Assembly: GCF_009914755.1 (NCBI RefSeq) | Contig: NC_060933.1 | Origin: the human T2T-CHM13v2.0 reference genome, Homo sapiens | Direction: 5' to 3' (one strand) | Length of the DNA: 64,000 bases | Shown: piece after piece, positions 19,400-33,799 of the stretch | Numbering within the stretch: position 1 is the stretch's first letter | Layout of the letters: each line of letters opens with the position of its first letter | Program-made: the position numbers and the translations under genes | The notes under the pieces: generated by a model | Databases searched by the model: none | Told to the model about the DNA's origin: nothing | The model's input: the letters and a program-made list of their open reading frames with translations, nothing else

Positions 19400-19835
19400 C
19401 AAAAAAATCTGTAAAAACTGAATAAAATACTATATACATTGTTTGAAGGCATTGAGAACAATCAGCACAGGCAGGATCTAAGAGACTACAATCATTCAAA
19501 GAAGAGAAACACGTAAAGTGAGTACCACATTCATCCTGGCCTTTTCCTTTATGACATTTTCCAAACTGGAATGCAAAAGAATACAACCCTAACAGGAAGC
19601 AGCAGCCTTACCAGGCTGAAGAAACTGAGGCAGAGTTTGGAGATAATAGTGGCTGGAACTTGAAAGTCAAAATCCTGGAGAGGAGGGAATTGCAGAGAAA
19701 GAATGCAAGAATCTGGATACAAATTCCTCACAAGTTTTTAACAGATTCCTAAACTGTGCTTGTATAGGGTGGTGCTCTAAGAAACCTAGTATTAAACAAC
19801 AGCTGGGAGACTAGACAGCTGAGTAGAGATTATTT
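19400..19835 (+). mobile_element. Ancient L1ME 5'-end fragment
   Basis: Resembles L1ME 5' UTR text (ttgaaggcattg, gaaactgaggcagagtttggag, ttcctaaactgtgc) and the element at 62930-64000. Confidence 0.5.
19449..19481 (+). CDS. INVS: Probable alternative terminal coding segment of a short INVS isoform (ALRTISTGRI-stop)
   Basis: ttgtttgaag|GCA TTG AGA ACA ATC AGC ACA GGC AGG ATC TAA is in phase 0 with the 16322 donor. The peptide matches my recollection of an annotated 101-aa inversin isoform ending. Candidate donor AAA|gtgagt at 19517/19518. Confidence 0.7.
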   Translation, partial: ALRTISTGRI

Positions 19836-22000
19836 TAAATTATCCTATATTTTCTTTTATGTTTAAATCTCTTAATATATAACACATTGATTTTTGTATG
19901 GGGATCCATTCTCATTTTAAAGCATATGGATAACTAATTTTCCCAACACAACCTAGTTCATTAATTTTTGGCCATTTAGTATCTGCTCTCTGTCAGTTCC
20001 AGGCTTTTGTACTACGAACTCCCTATGCATTTCTGTTTTTTTAAATGAGGGATCCTGAATACTAGGGAGCCTTTGGGAAATTTGAAAATAAAAGTTACAT
20101 GATCAGTGTATTTTAGGGGGACTAATATGGCAACTAAAGCTACTTTGGAAGAGAAAGAGTGGAGATACATAGATTGCTATTATAGTTCAGGCCAATAGAG
20201 AGGAATTGGGTTTAAGAGATACATTATGGAGGCAGAAGTGTTCATTCAACAAGCGTTTGTTAAATATCTACTATGTAATCATGATTATACAACTAGAGAG
20301 AATATGAAAAAAATGAATTACGTATGTTAGCTTATAGATGGATGCTCTCAGTACCCATCCCTATTAATCGTCATTTCCCTTTGTTTAGTGAACCTTCTGA
20401 TATATTGGATATCAAATATCCTTTCCAAGTATTGTCTGTCCCACTTAATTCTGGTATCCATGAATGCAGAAGTGTGCTATTTATGTAATCATGAACACTC
20501 ATGTATATGTGTATACCTTCATTCATTCAACATGTGTTAAAACTATTATGTAACAGGCATCATGTTAGGCCTTGGAACACAAAGGTGAACAACATGATTC
20601 CTGCTCTTAAGTTGCTTACAAAGATCATGGATGAAGATATTAAATGATAATTAAAGCTGATTGATCTACCTTGTAATACATAAGTGTTTTATAAAATATC
20701 TATAGCCATAATAGTCATTGTTATTATTGACATGAGAAGACCAAACATTCTCATACATTATTTATTATGTTTCTAGTTTTTGTGTGTGTGTGATAGTGAA
20801 CTGTATTATGTTATCTTTTCTTGGGTTCATTAGTGGGAAAAGCTCATATTCCCAAAGCATTTTGCTCACATCTCTATTAGAGCCCCATTACCTTATATTG
20901 TAATTATTGCTTACTTGTCTCTTTTCTACTAGGCTGGAGCTCCAGGCAAGTAGCTCTTTTTGTTTGTTTTTGAATCTCTCTGAATCTAGTAAGTTCTGAC
21001 ATGTCTTGGTTGAATGAATTTTATTTTACTTTTATAGAAAGTCATTACTAATACAAATACGAGACCTTTTGTTTATTGGAAACATTTATCTACTTTAAAA
21101 ATATATATGTTTGTGGAAAAACTTATTGAACTGTGCTGCTTGGCTTAGTTATTTTGGCACATGTTCACTTCTCTGGAAACAAATTACTGTTAGTCCAAGA
21201 AACTGAAGAAATGGTACCCATGAGAATAAAATTAATCTCAATATACTGAACATCTGCACCTAATTTGTTTTTCATTTAGAACCATCAGTTTAATCCAAGA
21301 AAGCAATTGGTCATACCTTTTCTGGGCTTCTCACAAAAGATATCTAATTGTTAGAAATGTTTTGCTCCAGGGAGGCTACTATTTCTCTGACTTCTACTGA
21401 TACATTTGTTAATAAGGATAAAAAAGCTTTAGAAATATTAGTATATGTTAATAGTTATGCATGTTTAATCTTCCAGGAGGTTATTTATTTGGCTTCAAGA
21501 AGCTTAAGACTACCCACTTTGACAAATTATATCACAGTAAACACAAAAATTAAAGAACCTTCTGGTTGTGGCTGCATTGTCCTTTTTTTAAATTCATAAA
21601 TAATTCTCAGTTCATCTATGAAAATTGAATGTTTATTTTCAGTTTTCAAGGTACGCTGTTTCCATGTTACTGATTTACAAAAAGGAGAAAGAATACCTCT
21701 GAAACTTTTCAGGAACACTTATACCAGGTAACACTATTAGGTTTTCTTATTTTGCAGATGCACACACAAACACAACAAACAATCCACGCCCCAGTCCCCT
21801 TCAGCTCTGTATTCCCCCTCAGTACATATATAGCTCTACCATAACTCATCACCACAGTTTATTGGAGATTTTGTTTATCTAGGTCTCACGCCCAGTAAAG
21901 CTATTTGAAGGCAGTGACCATGTCTTATTTGATTTCATAGTTACAGTCCTAGCATAGCTTCTGCCACTTAATAAAGACAGTAATTTATTTAAGGAATACA

Positions 22001-22033
22001 TGAATGAATGAATGAATGAATGAATGAATGAAT
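22001..22033. repeat. (TGAA)n microsatellite, L2 tail-like
   Basis: Direct read. Confidence 0.9.
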
Positions 22034-22591
22034 CAGTAAATGTGAATATCAAATAGATTTAATATGAAGGGCATGGCCTTCAAGACTGTTGAAATTTAAA
22101 TGAATAATTATATTTATTCCTTTTCACTATCCACTCCCTGCCCTTACAATTTTGCAATCAGGATTTTTTAAGATTTTCTGTGAGCTTAATTTCTTAATAA
22201 ACAATGCTCTTGTATGCCTCAATTTCTTCATCTATAAAATGGAATAATACATCCTATCTTCTATGTAGGGATGATGAGTCCTTAGATATAAAGCATTCTG
22301 TTTGTTGGAGAAATTTATTCTCAAGGACTACATTATCAATATTATTGCTATTAGTCACACTACAATGTAGGTGCAAACATCAAATTACTGTTTAGAGATC
22401 AGCAGATGTCAGAGATAGAAAGGCTCTTTGGGATCTTCTTGTCCAATTTGTCCTTGGATGAGGAAACTGAACTCTACTCCTTTTACATCTCTTCTCTTTA
22501 AAAATTACTGTACTCACATTCTCTTTGCCTTTGCATATGCCTGGAATTTTTTTTTTTTAATTATCTTAAGCATAGAGATAAGAAAGAACAG

Positions 22592-22926
<335 letters not shown>

Positions 22927-23107
22927 CTAATACCTCGAAGAGATCAAACTCAGTATTTCTTATTTTTGCTTCAGAATTTTTAAACAAAACTATAGATTCA
23001 CTTGAAGTCTTCCATTTATCTTCCAAAACCCTTCTTTCCCTGTCTCCTCAGTCTGTCTTGATTTTGTTGGTTTCAATTCCCATGCATATGTTTCTACCTT
23101 TACTTTA

Positions 23108-23132
23108 TGTGTGTGTGTGTGTGTGTGTGTGT
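23108..23132. repeat. (TG)n microsatellite
   Basis: Direct read. Confidence 0.95.
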
Positions 23133-23531
23133 ACATGTGCACATACACTATTATGGGTAAACCATATTATTTTGCATCTTTAAATTAATGGTATTATACT
23201 GTGTGACATTTACCAACTTGCTTTTTCAACTTAATATTATGTATTTGAAACTTCTTCATGTTGAAACATGTAGCCCTATTTCATAAAAGATTATATCCAG
23301 ATGCCTAAAAGACACATGAGATGGTACACAACATCATTACTAATTAGAAGCAAATTAAAACTCCAATGAGATACTACTACATGACCAGTGGAATGTATAA
23401 AGTAAAAAAGTCTGGCAATCAATATTGATTGATGGTGAAGATATGGAGCAACTGGAGCTCCCCAACATTTTTGTTGAGAATGTATATTGGTACATTCACT
23501 CTCGCAAACTATCTGACTATATCTGCCAAAG

Positions 23532-23533
<2 letters not shown>

Positions 23534-23579
<46 letters not shown>

Positions 23580-23582
23580 ACA
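23534..23582. repeat. (CA)n microsatellite
   Basis: Direct read. Confidence 0.95.
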
Positions 23583-23701
23583 TCCCTCATCTCAATTCAT
23601 GCTCCCAGCCCCGGTAATACCTAAGAAAAATAAGTGCCTCTTTCTACTAGAAGACATGTATGAGAATTACATGATAGTTTTATTTAGAAAAGCAAACATT
23701 C

Positions 23702-24514
23702 CTTTTTTTAACTTCTATTTTTCCATAAGTTATTGGGGGTAAAAGTGGTATTTGGTTACATGAGTAAGTTCTCTAGTGGAGATTTGTGAGAACCTGGTAC
23801 ACCCATCGCCCGAGCAGTATATGCCGCACCATATTTGTTGTCTTTTATCCCTTGCCCCCATTCCACTCTTCCCCCCAAGTCCCCAAAGTCCACTGTATCA
23901 TTCTTAGGCCTTTGCATCCTCATAGCTTAGCTCCCACATATCAGTGAGAACATATGATGTTTGGTTTTCCATTCCTGAGTTACTTTACTTAGAATAATAG
24001 TCTCTAATCTCATCCAGGTCATTGCAAATGCTGTTAATTCATTCCTTTTTAAGGCTGAGTAGTATTCCATTGTGTATATCTATACACCAGAGTTTCTTTA
24101 TCCACTCGTTGATTGATGGGCATTTGGGTTGGTTCCACAATTTTGCTATTGTGAATTGTGCTGCTATAAACATGTGTGAGCAAGTATCTTTTTCGTATGA
24201 TGACTTCTTTTCCTCTGGGTAGATACCGAGTAATGGGATTGCTGGATCAAATTGTAGTTCTACTTTTAGTTCCTTAAGGAATCTCCACACTGTTTTCCAT
24301 AGCGGCTGTACTAGTTTACATTCCCACCAGCAGTGTAGAAGTGTTCCCTGAACGCCCCATCCATGCCAACATCTACTGTTTTTTTATTCTTTGATTATGG
24401 CCATTCTTAACAGGAGTAAGGTGGTATTGTGTTGTGGTTTTGATTTGCATTTCCCTGATCATTAGTGATGTTGAGCATTTTTTCATGTTTTTTGGTCATT
24501 TGTGTAACTTCTTT
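23702..24514 (-). mobile_element. L1PB 3' end nested in an older sense L1M (about 23290-24940)
   Basis: ORF 24039-24290 is L1 ORF2 C-terminus-like ([24 protein letters not shown]); L1PB-type 3' UTR; TSD aaaagcaaa(c/t)attc. Confidence 0.88.
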
Positions 24515-25107
24515 ATAAAAGCAAATATTCTTAATAGTGCAGACAACCCAAATACGTACCAACAGGTGAATGAGTAGCTAAATTGTGATGTATTCCTACA
24601 ATGGAACACTGCATGAATGAACTGCTGACACGTTCAACCACATAAGTTAATTTCATAGACATTATGTTGAGTGGAACAAGTCAGACACTTATAAAAAATT
24701 TATTTGCTGTTCATATCAACCTCAGGAACAAGAAAAACTAATCTATGGTGAGTCAAATCAGATTTGTGGTTACCTAAAAGATGGGTAATATACTGAGAAG
24801 AATATGAATAAGCTTTCAGGGGTGCTGAAAATGTTCTGGATCGGTGTGTGTGTTGGTTACATTAAAAGGTACCAGTCTGTATGCTTAAGATTTATGCACT
24901 TTACTGTATATGTTATATTCTCAATTTTTAAAGTATTATTTAAAAAATGATAAAATGTTCAGAACTTGGTAGACATTATTTGTAGGGAAGGTAAGGGAGG
25001 ACGGAACCAAGAATGGTTCCTGACCTAGACTGTTAAGCACTCAGGTCAAATTTCCCCCATCCTTAGCCTCAGGAGCTATATGAAAGCCCTGTGTCTATGC
25101 TCTTATC

Positions 25108-25288
25108 CAGGGGTTCTTAGATGAACATGCAGCAGAATCACTTGGAGAACTTGTTAAAACATAGACGTCTGGGCCCCACCACCAGTGTTTTTAATTCAGC
25201 AGGGCTGGTGTGGGGCCAGAGAATGTGCTTATCTAACAAGCTCCCAGGTGATGGTGATGATGTAGGCAACACACTTTGAGAATCACTA
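25108..25288. mobile_element. MER5A hAT DNA transposon
   Basis: cagaatcacttggagaacttgttaaaac...ctaacaagctcccaggtgat...cacactttgagaatcact. Confidence 0.8.
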
Positions 25289-26525
25289 CTCTATTCTGCT
25301 TATACCATTTGTCTTTGCTGCATTTTCAATGCTATTGGCTCCATAACCTCTAGATACCTATCCTGTTTTACTGGGGACTCTTTTGACTGGTATTCCTAGC
25401 TCTTGATGACATGACTCATAGAGGTAGGATATACTAGTCCAGGTACAATTTTGAGAGGAAGTTATCGAGTTCAGTTGTGAAAAATGGAATTTTAGGCTTC
25501 GGTGATAATGACTAGTATGAATTGTGATAGTTTGCATCTCCAAAGTAAGGTCTTGGCTGGAGTTATTAGTATACATATAGAAACCATAGAAGTAGTTGAA
25601 GGGCTCAGGTATGGTTTATAGATGGGAAGAGGACTAGAAATAGAAAACACCAATATTTAAGGTTTATTTACAGAAAATAAACTTACAAAGGAGACAGTAC
25701 AAGATAGGAGAAGAACTAGATCAGAGTGGTGTTATGGAGCCAGAGGGACAGGTTTCAAGCAGAAGAGGATCCATTTGTTTCATCTTTTTTACTATGATGC
25801 TAAGATTTGAATAGTTCCTTTTCCACTAAATGACTCAATAAATGGATGGATATAAATATGATAAGAATTAAAAGGCTTCCACTGGATTTTTCAGTTAGAA
25901 AGTGACCTTAGCAAGAGCAATGGTATTTAGTGGACACACAAGCTAGATATATATCACTGTTGAGTAAACAGGAAATGAGGATATGGAGACAGTACGAGTG
26001 ATTGATTAATGGGGTTATTGATCAGGAAAAGTATGGACGGAAGAAATTGTGGTGGGAAAATTTTTAATAAATAATAATCTCTCCCAGTATAACCGTCACC
26101 CACTTTCAATAAATATTAATTCATAAACTTGTTTCTGTAGACTTCAAACTGTTTTATTATATATTCTATTATTTCATCCATAAATATTTCAGTATATTTA
26201 TAATTCATATATCCCCACGATATCATTGTACCAAAAAGAAATTAGTGATAATTCTGTAATATTATTAAATACCTAATCAGTGTTCAAATTTTCCTGATTA
26301 TATCTCAAACATTTTTTTACAGTTGATTTATTCAAATCAGGACCTAAACAAGGTCTATACATTGTATTTGGTTGATAAGTCTTTTAAGTCTCTTGTAATC
26401 TAATAGATGAGAGATATTTGAACACGTTTAAATGTTAAGGAAAAGGAGACATCAAAAATTTAGGAGAAAGAATGGATTATTGATGGATCAAAGTCGCTGG
26501 GGAGATGGGAACAGAAAGGACAGTC

Positions 26526-26818
26526 GGGTCTGGGCACAGTAGCTCACGCGTGTAATCCCAGTGCTTTGGGAGGCTGAGGTGGGCAGATCACCTGAAGTCA
26601 GAAGTTCAAGACCAGCCTGGCCAACATGGTGAAACCCCATCTCTAATAAAAATACAAAAATTAGCCAGGTGTAGTGACACACGCCTGTAATCCCAGCTGT
26701 GCGGGAGGCTGAGGCAGGAGAATCACTTGAACTCAGGAAGCAGTGGTTGCAGTGAGCCGTGATCGCGCCACTGTACTCCAGCCTGGTCAGCAGAGGGAGA
26801 CTCCTTCTCAAAAAAAAA
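26526..26818 (+). mobile_element. Alu (S-type)
   Basis: Sense Alu; TSD aaaggacag. Confidence 0.95.
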
Positions 26819-27820
26819 GGACAGACAGTTGGAAAGTTTAGATACACAGTAGGAAAGTTTGTTCAATGAATGAGTATGCTATGAACTTAGAATGTATCTG
26901 AATATTCTTGACAATCAATTATAAAATATGAAAACTGGAAGGGCCTTGGAAATTATTCTTATTTTACACATGGGAAAACAAGGAGTTCTAGGTTTTCTTT
27001 TGATTAGAGGGAGATGTTTTGTCCCTAAAGCAGGGGAGACTGGATAGGAAAGGAAACCTTAGGAATATAGGGGACCACTGCTGCTCCTCTCACACCTCCC
27101 CAGACCCTAACACCCTTGGTTCCATTAAACTCCTAAACTTGGGCTTCAGGAACAGAGGAAGTGAGAAAGCTAGTGTTTAATGATAACTTGTTTTTTCACT
27201 GCATAACAAGGACCTTGTTATTTTCTGGTGCTCTGCAGAGTAAATATAGCATAATGAAAAAGAAATGGTATCTGGTATCAGAATTTATAAGATCTATATT
27301 CGAGTCATAATTCAAAGACATTTGGTACTCTGTGACCTTGAGCAGGTAGTTTAACTCTCTAAGCCTCTGTAAAATGGAGATAATATTTCTAACATACTTA
27401 CATCATAAGATTGTAAGTATGAAAATACATTGAAATACTGATTGATGTGTATGCCAAAGACCCTGAAAGGCAGCAAAGTTATACATAGTGTTTACAAATA
27501 TATATGAGTATGAAACATCTGAAAACCATATAAATAATCTCTTTTGCAAATATAGGTACTTTTTCCAATTGTATTTAAAAGTTGATGTGATTAATTGATG
27601 TGATTAAGAAAATGGCATTTCATTTAAAATTGTAGCTGAATTCAATTCTCATATTTTTTCAATGAACCAACAAATACTAAATTTAAACATTAAGGTTCTA
27701 CTGAATTTTTTGTAGGATTTTTTTGCTGTTTTTTAACTTTAAAAAGAGTTAAACTTTAAAAGACTGAGAGTCAACGTAATAATATATGTGTATAAAGTGC
27801 TTTATTTATAAGTAACTTTA

Positions 27821-28187
<367 letters not shown>

Positions 28188-28462
28188 TTATATATATATA
28201 TATCCTTATACATTTAACCCTCAGAGCAACATCTTTTTATTCTTTAATTGGAAACATTAGATTTGAGTTGAAGAAACATTATCATATACTTCAACCATTA
28301 ATGTTTCTGTACCCAGCTTCTACCCTTTCCGGCTCTGTCATTTGCTCAAACAAATCTGTCTTATTTAAATCAAAAGAGTTGCATATAGGCACTTTTGATA
28401 AAGAGTCTTTAACCTTGAAATTTTATTGATTTCGACTTTTGTTTTTAAATTATTTTTATTGA

Positions 28463-28775
<313 letters not shown>

Positions 28776-29416
28776 TTATTGATGGTTTTCCTTGTCAAAA
28801 CATTATTTAATCAAAACAGATGAAAGCATGTAGGGAGAGATTTCTTTTACAAACATATTTTGTGCTTCTTTGTTTTATATTATAGGGTACAGAAATGACT
28901 TATTTGTTGTTGTTGTTTTCATGATGCACAATGTGACCTAATTTACCTAGGCTTACTCTTTTCTCAGTTCTCGTACTTCTGTGTTTCTCTGATTCATTGA
29001 TATATTGACCACTTGTTCATTTCAGAATTTTCTCTGGACTTTGATACTGCAGTAACTTATTTTTCTGCTACTCCTTTGATAGTTCATTGTTTTCTTTATT
29101 AACTCCTTTCCTTTAACTCCCATTTCTGCCCCAAGATAAAAGTCTTTCTATATATTCTACCTTTCAGAGGTCTCATCTACTTCTATAAGTTTTGGCTATT
29201 TTCCCTCAAATATTTGTCTCTAGCCCTAGCCTCTCCCCTTATTCCAGACTTATATTTCCAGCTATCTTCTAGAAATCTCTACCTGGATATCTTCCCAAAA
29301 TCTCAATTTCAGCATATCTGAAACAAGACCTTACCTTTTAACCTGTAATCAGTCCCGTCATCTGATTTTTAAAAACAATTTATTGAGGTGAAATACACAT
29401 AGCATAAAATTAACCC

Positions 29417-29712
29417 TTTTTTTGTGGGGGGAGATAGAGTCTCACTTTGTCACCCAGGCTGGAGTGCAGTGGTGTGATCAGGGCTCACTGCAGCTTCAAC
29501 CTCCTGGATTCAAGTGATCCTCCTGCCTCAGCCCCCAAGTAGCTGGGACTATAGGCACGTACCACTACGCCCAGCTAATTTTTGTATTTTTTATAGAGAC
29601 AGGGGTTTCGCCTTATTGCCTGGGCTGGTCTCAAACTCCTGAGCTCAAGCTATCAGCCCGCCTTGGCCCACCAAAATGTTAGGATTACAGGCATGAGCCA
29701 CCGCACCCAGAC
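29417..29712 (-). mobile_element. Alu (J-type) nested in an L1M 3' end
   Basis: Antisense Alu match. Confidence 0.92.
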
Positions 29713-29949
29713 AAAATAACCACTTTAAAGTGAGCAATTCAGAGAAATTTTGTACATTCGTTATGTTGTGCAACCACTACCTCTATCTAGTTCCAAAGCA
29801 TTTCCATCACTCTCAAGTAAAACCACTTATCCATTAAACAGTTTGTCTCCATTGCCCTCTCTCCCTAGCCCCTGGCAACCACCAGTATGCATTCTGTTTC
29901 TATGGATTTATAGATATTTCATGTAAAAAGGAATCATATATGACCTTTG

Positions 29950-30360
29950 TTTCATGCACGTCTGTGTAAAGAGACCACCAAACAGGCTTTGTGTGAGCAA
30001 CAAGGCTATTTATTTCACCTGGGTGCAGGCGGGCTGAGTCTGAAAAGAGTCAGTGAAGGAAGATGGGGTGGAGCTGTTTTATAAGATTTGGGTAGGTAAA
30101 GGAAAATTACAGTCAAAGGGGGGTTGTTCTCTGGCGGGCAGGAGTGGGGGTCACAAGGTGCTCAGTAGGGGAGCTTTTGAGCCAGGATGAGCCAGGAGAA
30201 GGAATTTCACAAGATAATGTCATCAGTTAAGGCAAGAATAGGCCATTTTCATTTCTTTTGTGGTGGAATGTCATCAGTTAAGGCAGGAACCGGCCATCTG
30301 GATGTGTACGTGTAGGTCACAGGAGATATGATGGCTTAGCTTGGGCTCAGAGGCCTGACA
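29950..30360 (-). mobile_element. 3' LTR (LTR7)
   Basis: TGTCAGGCCTCTGAGCCCAAGC...CATGAAA; TATAAAA intact near 30081; AATAAA at 30014-30009. Confidence 0.97.
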
Positions 30361-31376
30361 TTCCTGTCTTCTTATATTAATAAGAAAAATAAAACAAAAT
30401 AGTGGTGAAGTGTTGGGACAGCGAAAATTTTGGGGGATGGTACGGAGAGATAATGGGCGATGTTTCTTAGGGCTGCTTCGAGCGGAATTAGGGGCGGTGT
30501 GGGAACCTAGAATGGGAGAGATTAAGCTGAAGGAAGATTTTGTGGTAAGGGGTGATATTGTGGGACTGTTAGGAGAAACGTTCGTCATTTAGAATTACTG
30601 GTGATGGCCTAGATACGGTTTTGTATGAATTGAAAAACTAAATGGAATAAGAGAAGGAGAAAAACAGGTATTAAAGGACTAAGAATTGGGAGGACCTAGG
30701 ACATTTAATTAGAGAGTGCCTAAGGAGGTTCAGCATAGTTCTGCCAGCAAAGATTATTTATTTACTTCAAGAGTTAAGAGTGGCAGTTTGGGGATAGCTC
30801 CAGGAGATATCAGCTGTGATGGCTTGGAGAAACAGTGTAAACCAGCAGTGTAAACAAGAGCAGGGCATGTGTGAGTAGTTGAGAACAGTGAATAGGAGTA
30901 TGATTAGACAGAAGATAGTAGGGATGACAAGTTTTTTGGGGCACAGTCCAAGTTGGTCTTGGAATGATACTGGGGCCTAATAAAAAGGAGCATCTATACA
31001 GGAGCTTAAATGAGCTGTACCTTGTAACATTCTGAGGACAGGCCTGAATTCTGAGAAGGGAAAGTGGTAAAAGTATTGTCTAGTCCTTTTTAAGTTGGTG
31101 GCTGAGCTTGGTGAGGTGTGTTTTTAAAAGACCGTTAGTCCATTCTACCTTTCCTGAAGACTGAGGACCGTAAGGGAAATAAAGGTTTCACTGAATACCA
31201 AGAGCCTGAAAAAATGCTTGGCTGATTTGACTAATAAAGGCCGGTCTGCTATCAGACTGTATAGAGGTGGGAAGGCCAAACCGAGGAATTATGTCTAACA
31301 GAAGGGAAAAAATGACCGCGGTGGCCTTCTCAGACCCTGTAGGAAAGGCCTCTACCCATCCAGTGAAAGCGTCTAC

Positions 31377-31826
31377 CTAGACTAAGAGGTATTTTAGTTT
31401 TCTGACTCGGGGCACGTGAGTAAAGTCAACTTGCCAGTCCTGGGCAGGGGCAAATCTCCGAGCTTGATATGTAGGAAAGGGAGGAGGCCTGAACAATCCC
31501 TGAGGGGTAGTAGAATAGCAAATGGAACACTGAGAAGTGATTTCTTTGAGGATAGATTTCCAGGATGGAAAGGAAATGAGAGGTTCTAAGAGACGGGCTA
31601 GCGGCTTGTAACCTACATGGAAGAGGTTATGAAATGACGACAGAATAGAATGGGCCTGTGAGGCTGGAAGGAGATATTTTCCTTGGTCTAAGAACCATTT
31701 GCCTTCTGTGGGAAGAGATTGATAGGTGGAAGTTTCAGTGGGGGAGTAGGTGGGAGTGACTGACGTGAAGGAGAAAAACTGGCTGTGAGGGACAGAAGTT
31801 GGAATGCTAGCTGCTTGTCTAGCCAC
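31377..31826 (-). pseudogene. HERV-H integrase N-terminal remnant
   Basis: HHCC zinc motif (FHNLFHVG...CSIC) and DWQVDFTH; ends at a stop. Confidence 0.88.
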
Positions 31827-31913
31827 CTAATCAGCGTAAGCGTCGCCTAGAGCAATGGGATCTGATGCCTTTTGATGCCCCTTGCAGTGAATGACTCTAG
31901 CTTCCTTTGGAAG

Positions 31914-32657
31914 TTAAGCGGCGTTGAGAAGCGTTTTTATTAAAGAGGGATTAATGATAGAGGACCCTTGTTTAGTGAGGAAACTTCTTGCATGGTGGTG
32001 CACGATATGAAAGGCATATTTAGAGTCAGTATAAATATTGACGCATAGTCCTTTTGCAAGAGTGAGGGCTTGGGTTAAGGCAACTAGTTCGGCTTGCTGA
32101 GAGGTAGTGGAGGGGGGCAGAGCGGTAGCCTCAATGATAGATGTGGAAGATACTATAGCATAGCCTGCCTTTGCTGGTGAGTGGCATTTAGGCCTGGTGG
32201 AACTGCCATCAATAAACCAAATGTGATTAGGGTGAGGAACAGGAAAGAAGGAAATACGGGGAAATGGGGTGAATGTCAGGTGGATCAGAGAGATACAGTC
32301 ATGAGGGTCAGGTGTGGTATCCAGAATAATGTGGGAGGCCGGGTTGAAGTCCGTGCCAGGAACAATGGTAATTGTGGGAGACTCAACAAAGAGTGAATAT
32401 AGCTGAAGGAGCCAGGGAGCAGAGAGTATATGCATCAGGTATGAGGAAGAAAATAGATTTTGGAAGTTATGAGAACTGTAGAGAGTCAGTTGAGCATACT
32501 TTGTGATTTTTAGGGCCTTTAAAAGTATTAAGGCAGCGGCAGCCGCTGCATGCAGACATGAGGGTTGGGTTAAAACAGTAAGGTCCAGTTGTTTGGACAG
32601 AAAGGCTATAGGACGTGGTCCCAGCTCTTGTGTAAGAATTCTGACCTTACTAACCAT
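31914..32657 (-). pseudogene. HERV-H pol connection/RNase H remnant
   Basis: WFIDGSS, QQAELVAL and NIYTDSKYAF motifs. Confidence 0.9.
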
Positions 32658-32757
32658 GCCTAGGAAGGAAAGGAGTTGTTGTTTTGTAGAAGGGATTGGG
32701 GTTTGGGAGATTAGCCGGAGACGATAATCAGGGAGAGCACGTGTGTTTTTATGAGAA

Positions 32758-33274
32758 TTATGCTGAGATAGGTAACAGATGAGGAAGAAATTTGGGCTTG
32801 ACTGAAGTAATGGGGGCTGTCTGTGAAGCCTTGCAGCAGTACAGCCTAAGTAATTTGCTGAGCCTGATGGGTGTCAGGGTCAGTACAAGTGAAAGCGAAG
32901 AGAGGCTGGGATGAAGGGTGCAAAGGAATAGCAAACAAAGCATGTTTGAGATCTAGAACAGAATAATGGGTTGTGGAGGGAGGTATTGAGGATAGGAGAG
33001 TATATGGGTTTGGCACCACGGGGTAGATAGGCAAAACAATTTGGTTGATAAGGCGCAGATCCTGAACTAACCTGTAAGCCTTGTCTGGTTTTAGGACAGG
33101 TAAAATGGGGGAATTGTAAGGGGAGTTTATAGGCTTTAAAAGGCCATGCTGTAGCAGGCGAGTAATAGCAGGCTTTAATCCTTTTGAAGCGTGCTGTGGG
33201 ATGGGATATTGACATTGAGCAGGGTAAGGGTGATTAGGTTTTAATGGGATGGTAAGGGGTGCAGGATCGGTCAC
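32758..33274 (-). pseudogene. HERV-H reverse transcriptase remnant
   Basis: SPYNSPILPVLKPDKAYRLVQDLR and VLDLKHALF motifs; stop at 32846 and no YxDD visible. Confidence 0.9.
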
Positions 33275-33416
33275 TAAGGAGGGAGTAGGGGTGTCTTATA
33301 CTTGTGGGTTAAGATGGGGAGATACAAGGGGAGGATGTGAAGGAGGCTTTGAACTGGGGGAAAAGGCAGCGATGAGGTGTGGCTGTAGCCCAGGAATAGT
33401 CAGGGAAGCAGATAAT

Positions 33417-33653
33417 TTAGTTAAAGTGTCGGCCTAATAAGGGAACTGGGCAGGTGGGGATAACTAAAAAGGAGTGCTTAAAAGAGTATTGTCTAAGTTG
33501 GCACCAGAGTTGGGGAGTTTTAAGAGGTTTAGAAGCCTGGCCGTCAGTACCTGCAACAGTTATGGAGGCAAGGGAAACAGGCCCTTGAAAAGAAGGTAAT
33601 GTGGAGTGGGTAGCTTCCATATCGATTAAGAAGGGGACGGACTTACCTTCCAC
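33417..33653 (-). pseudogene. HERV-H protease remnant
   Basis: FLIDMEATHS (degenerate DTGA) and CPVPLLGR motifs. Confidence 0.85.
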
Positions 33654-33799
33654 TGTGAGAGTTACCTGAAGCTCGGCGTCCGTGATGGTTTAGGGGGCTT
33701 CCGAGGCGATCGGGCAGTGTCAGTCTTCAGCTGCTAAGCCGAGAAGATCTGGGAAGGAGTCACTCAGAGAGCCTTGGGCCAGAGTTCTAGGGGCTCTGG

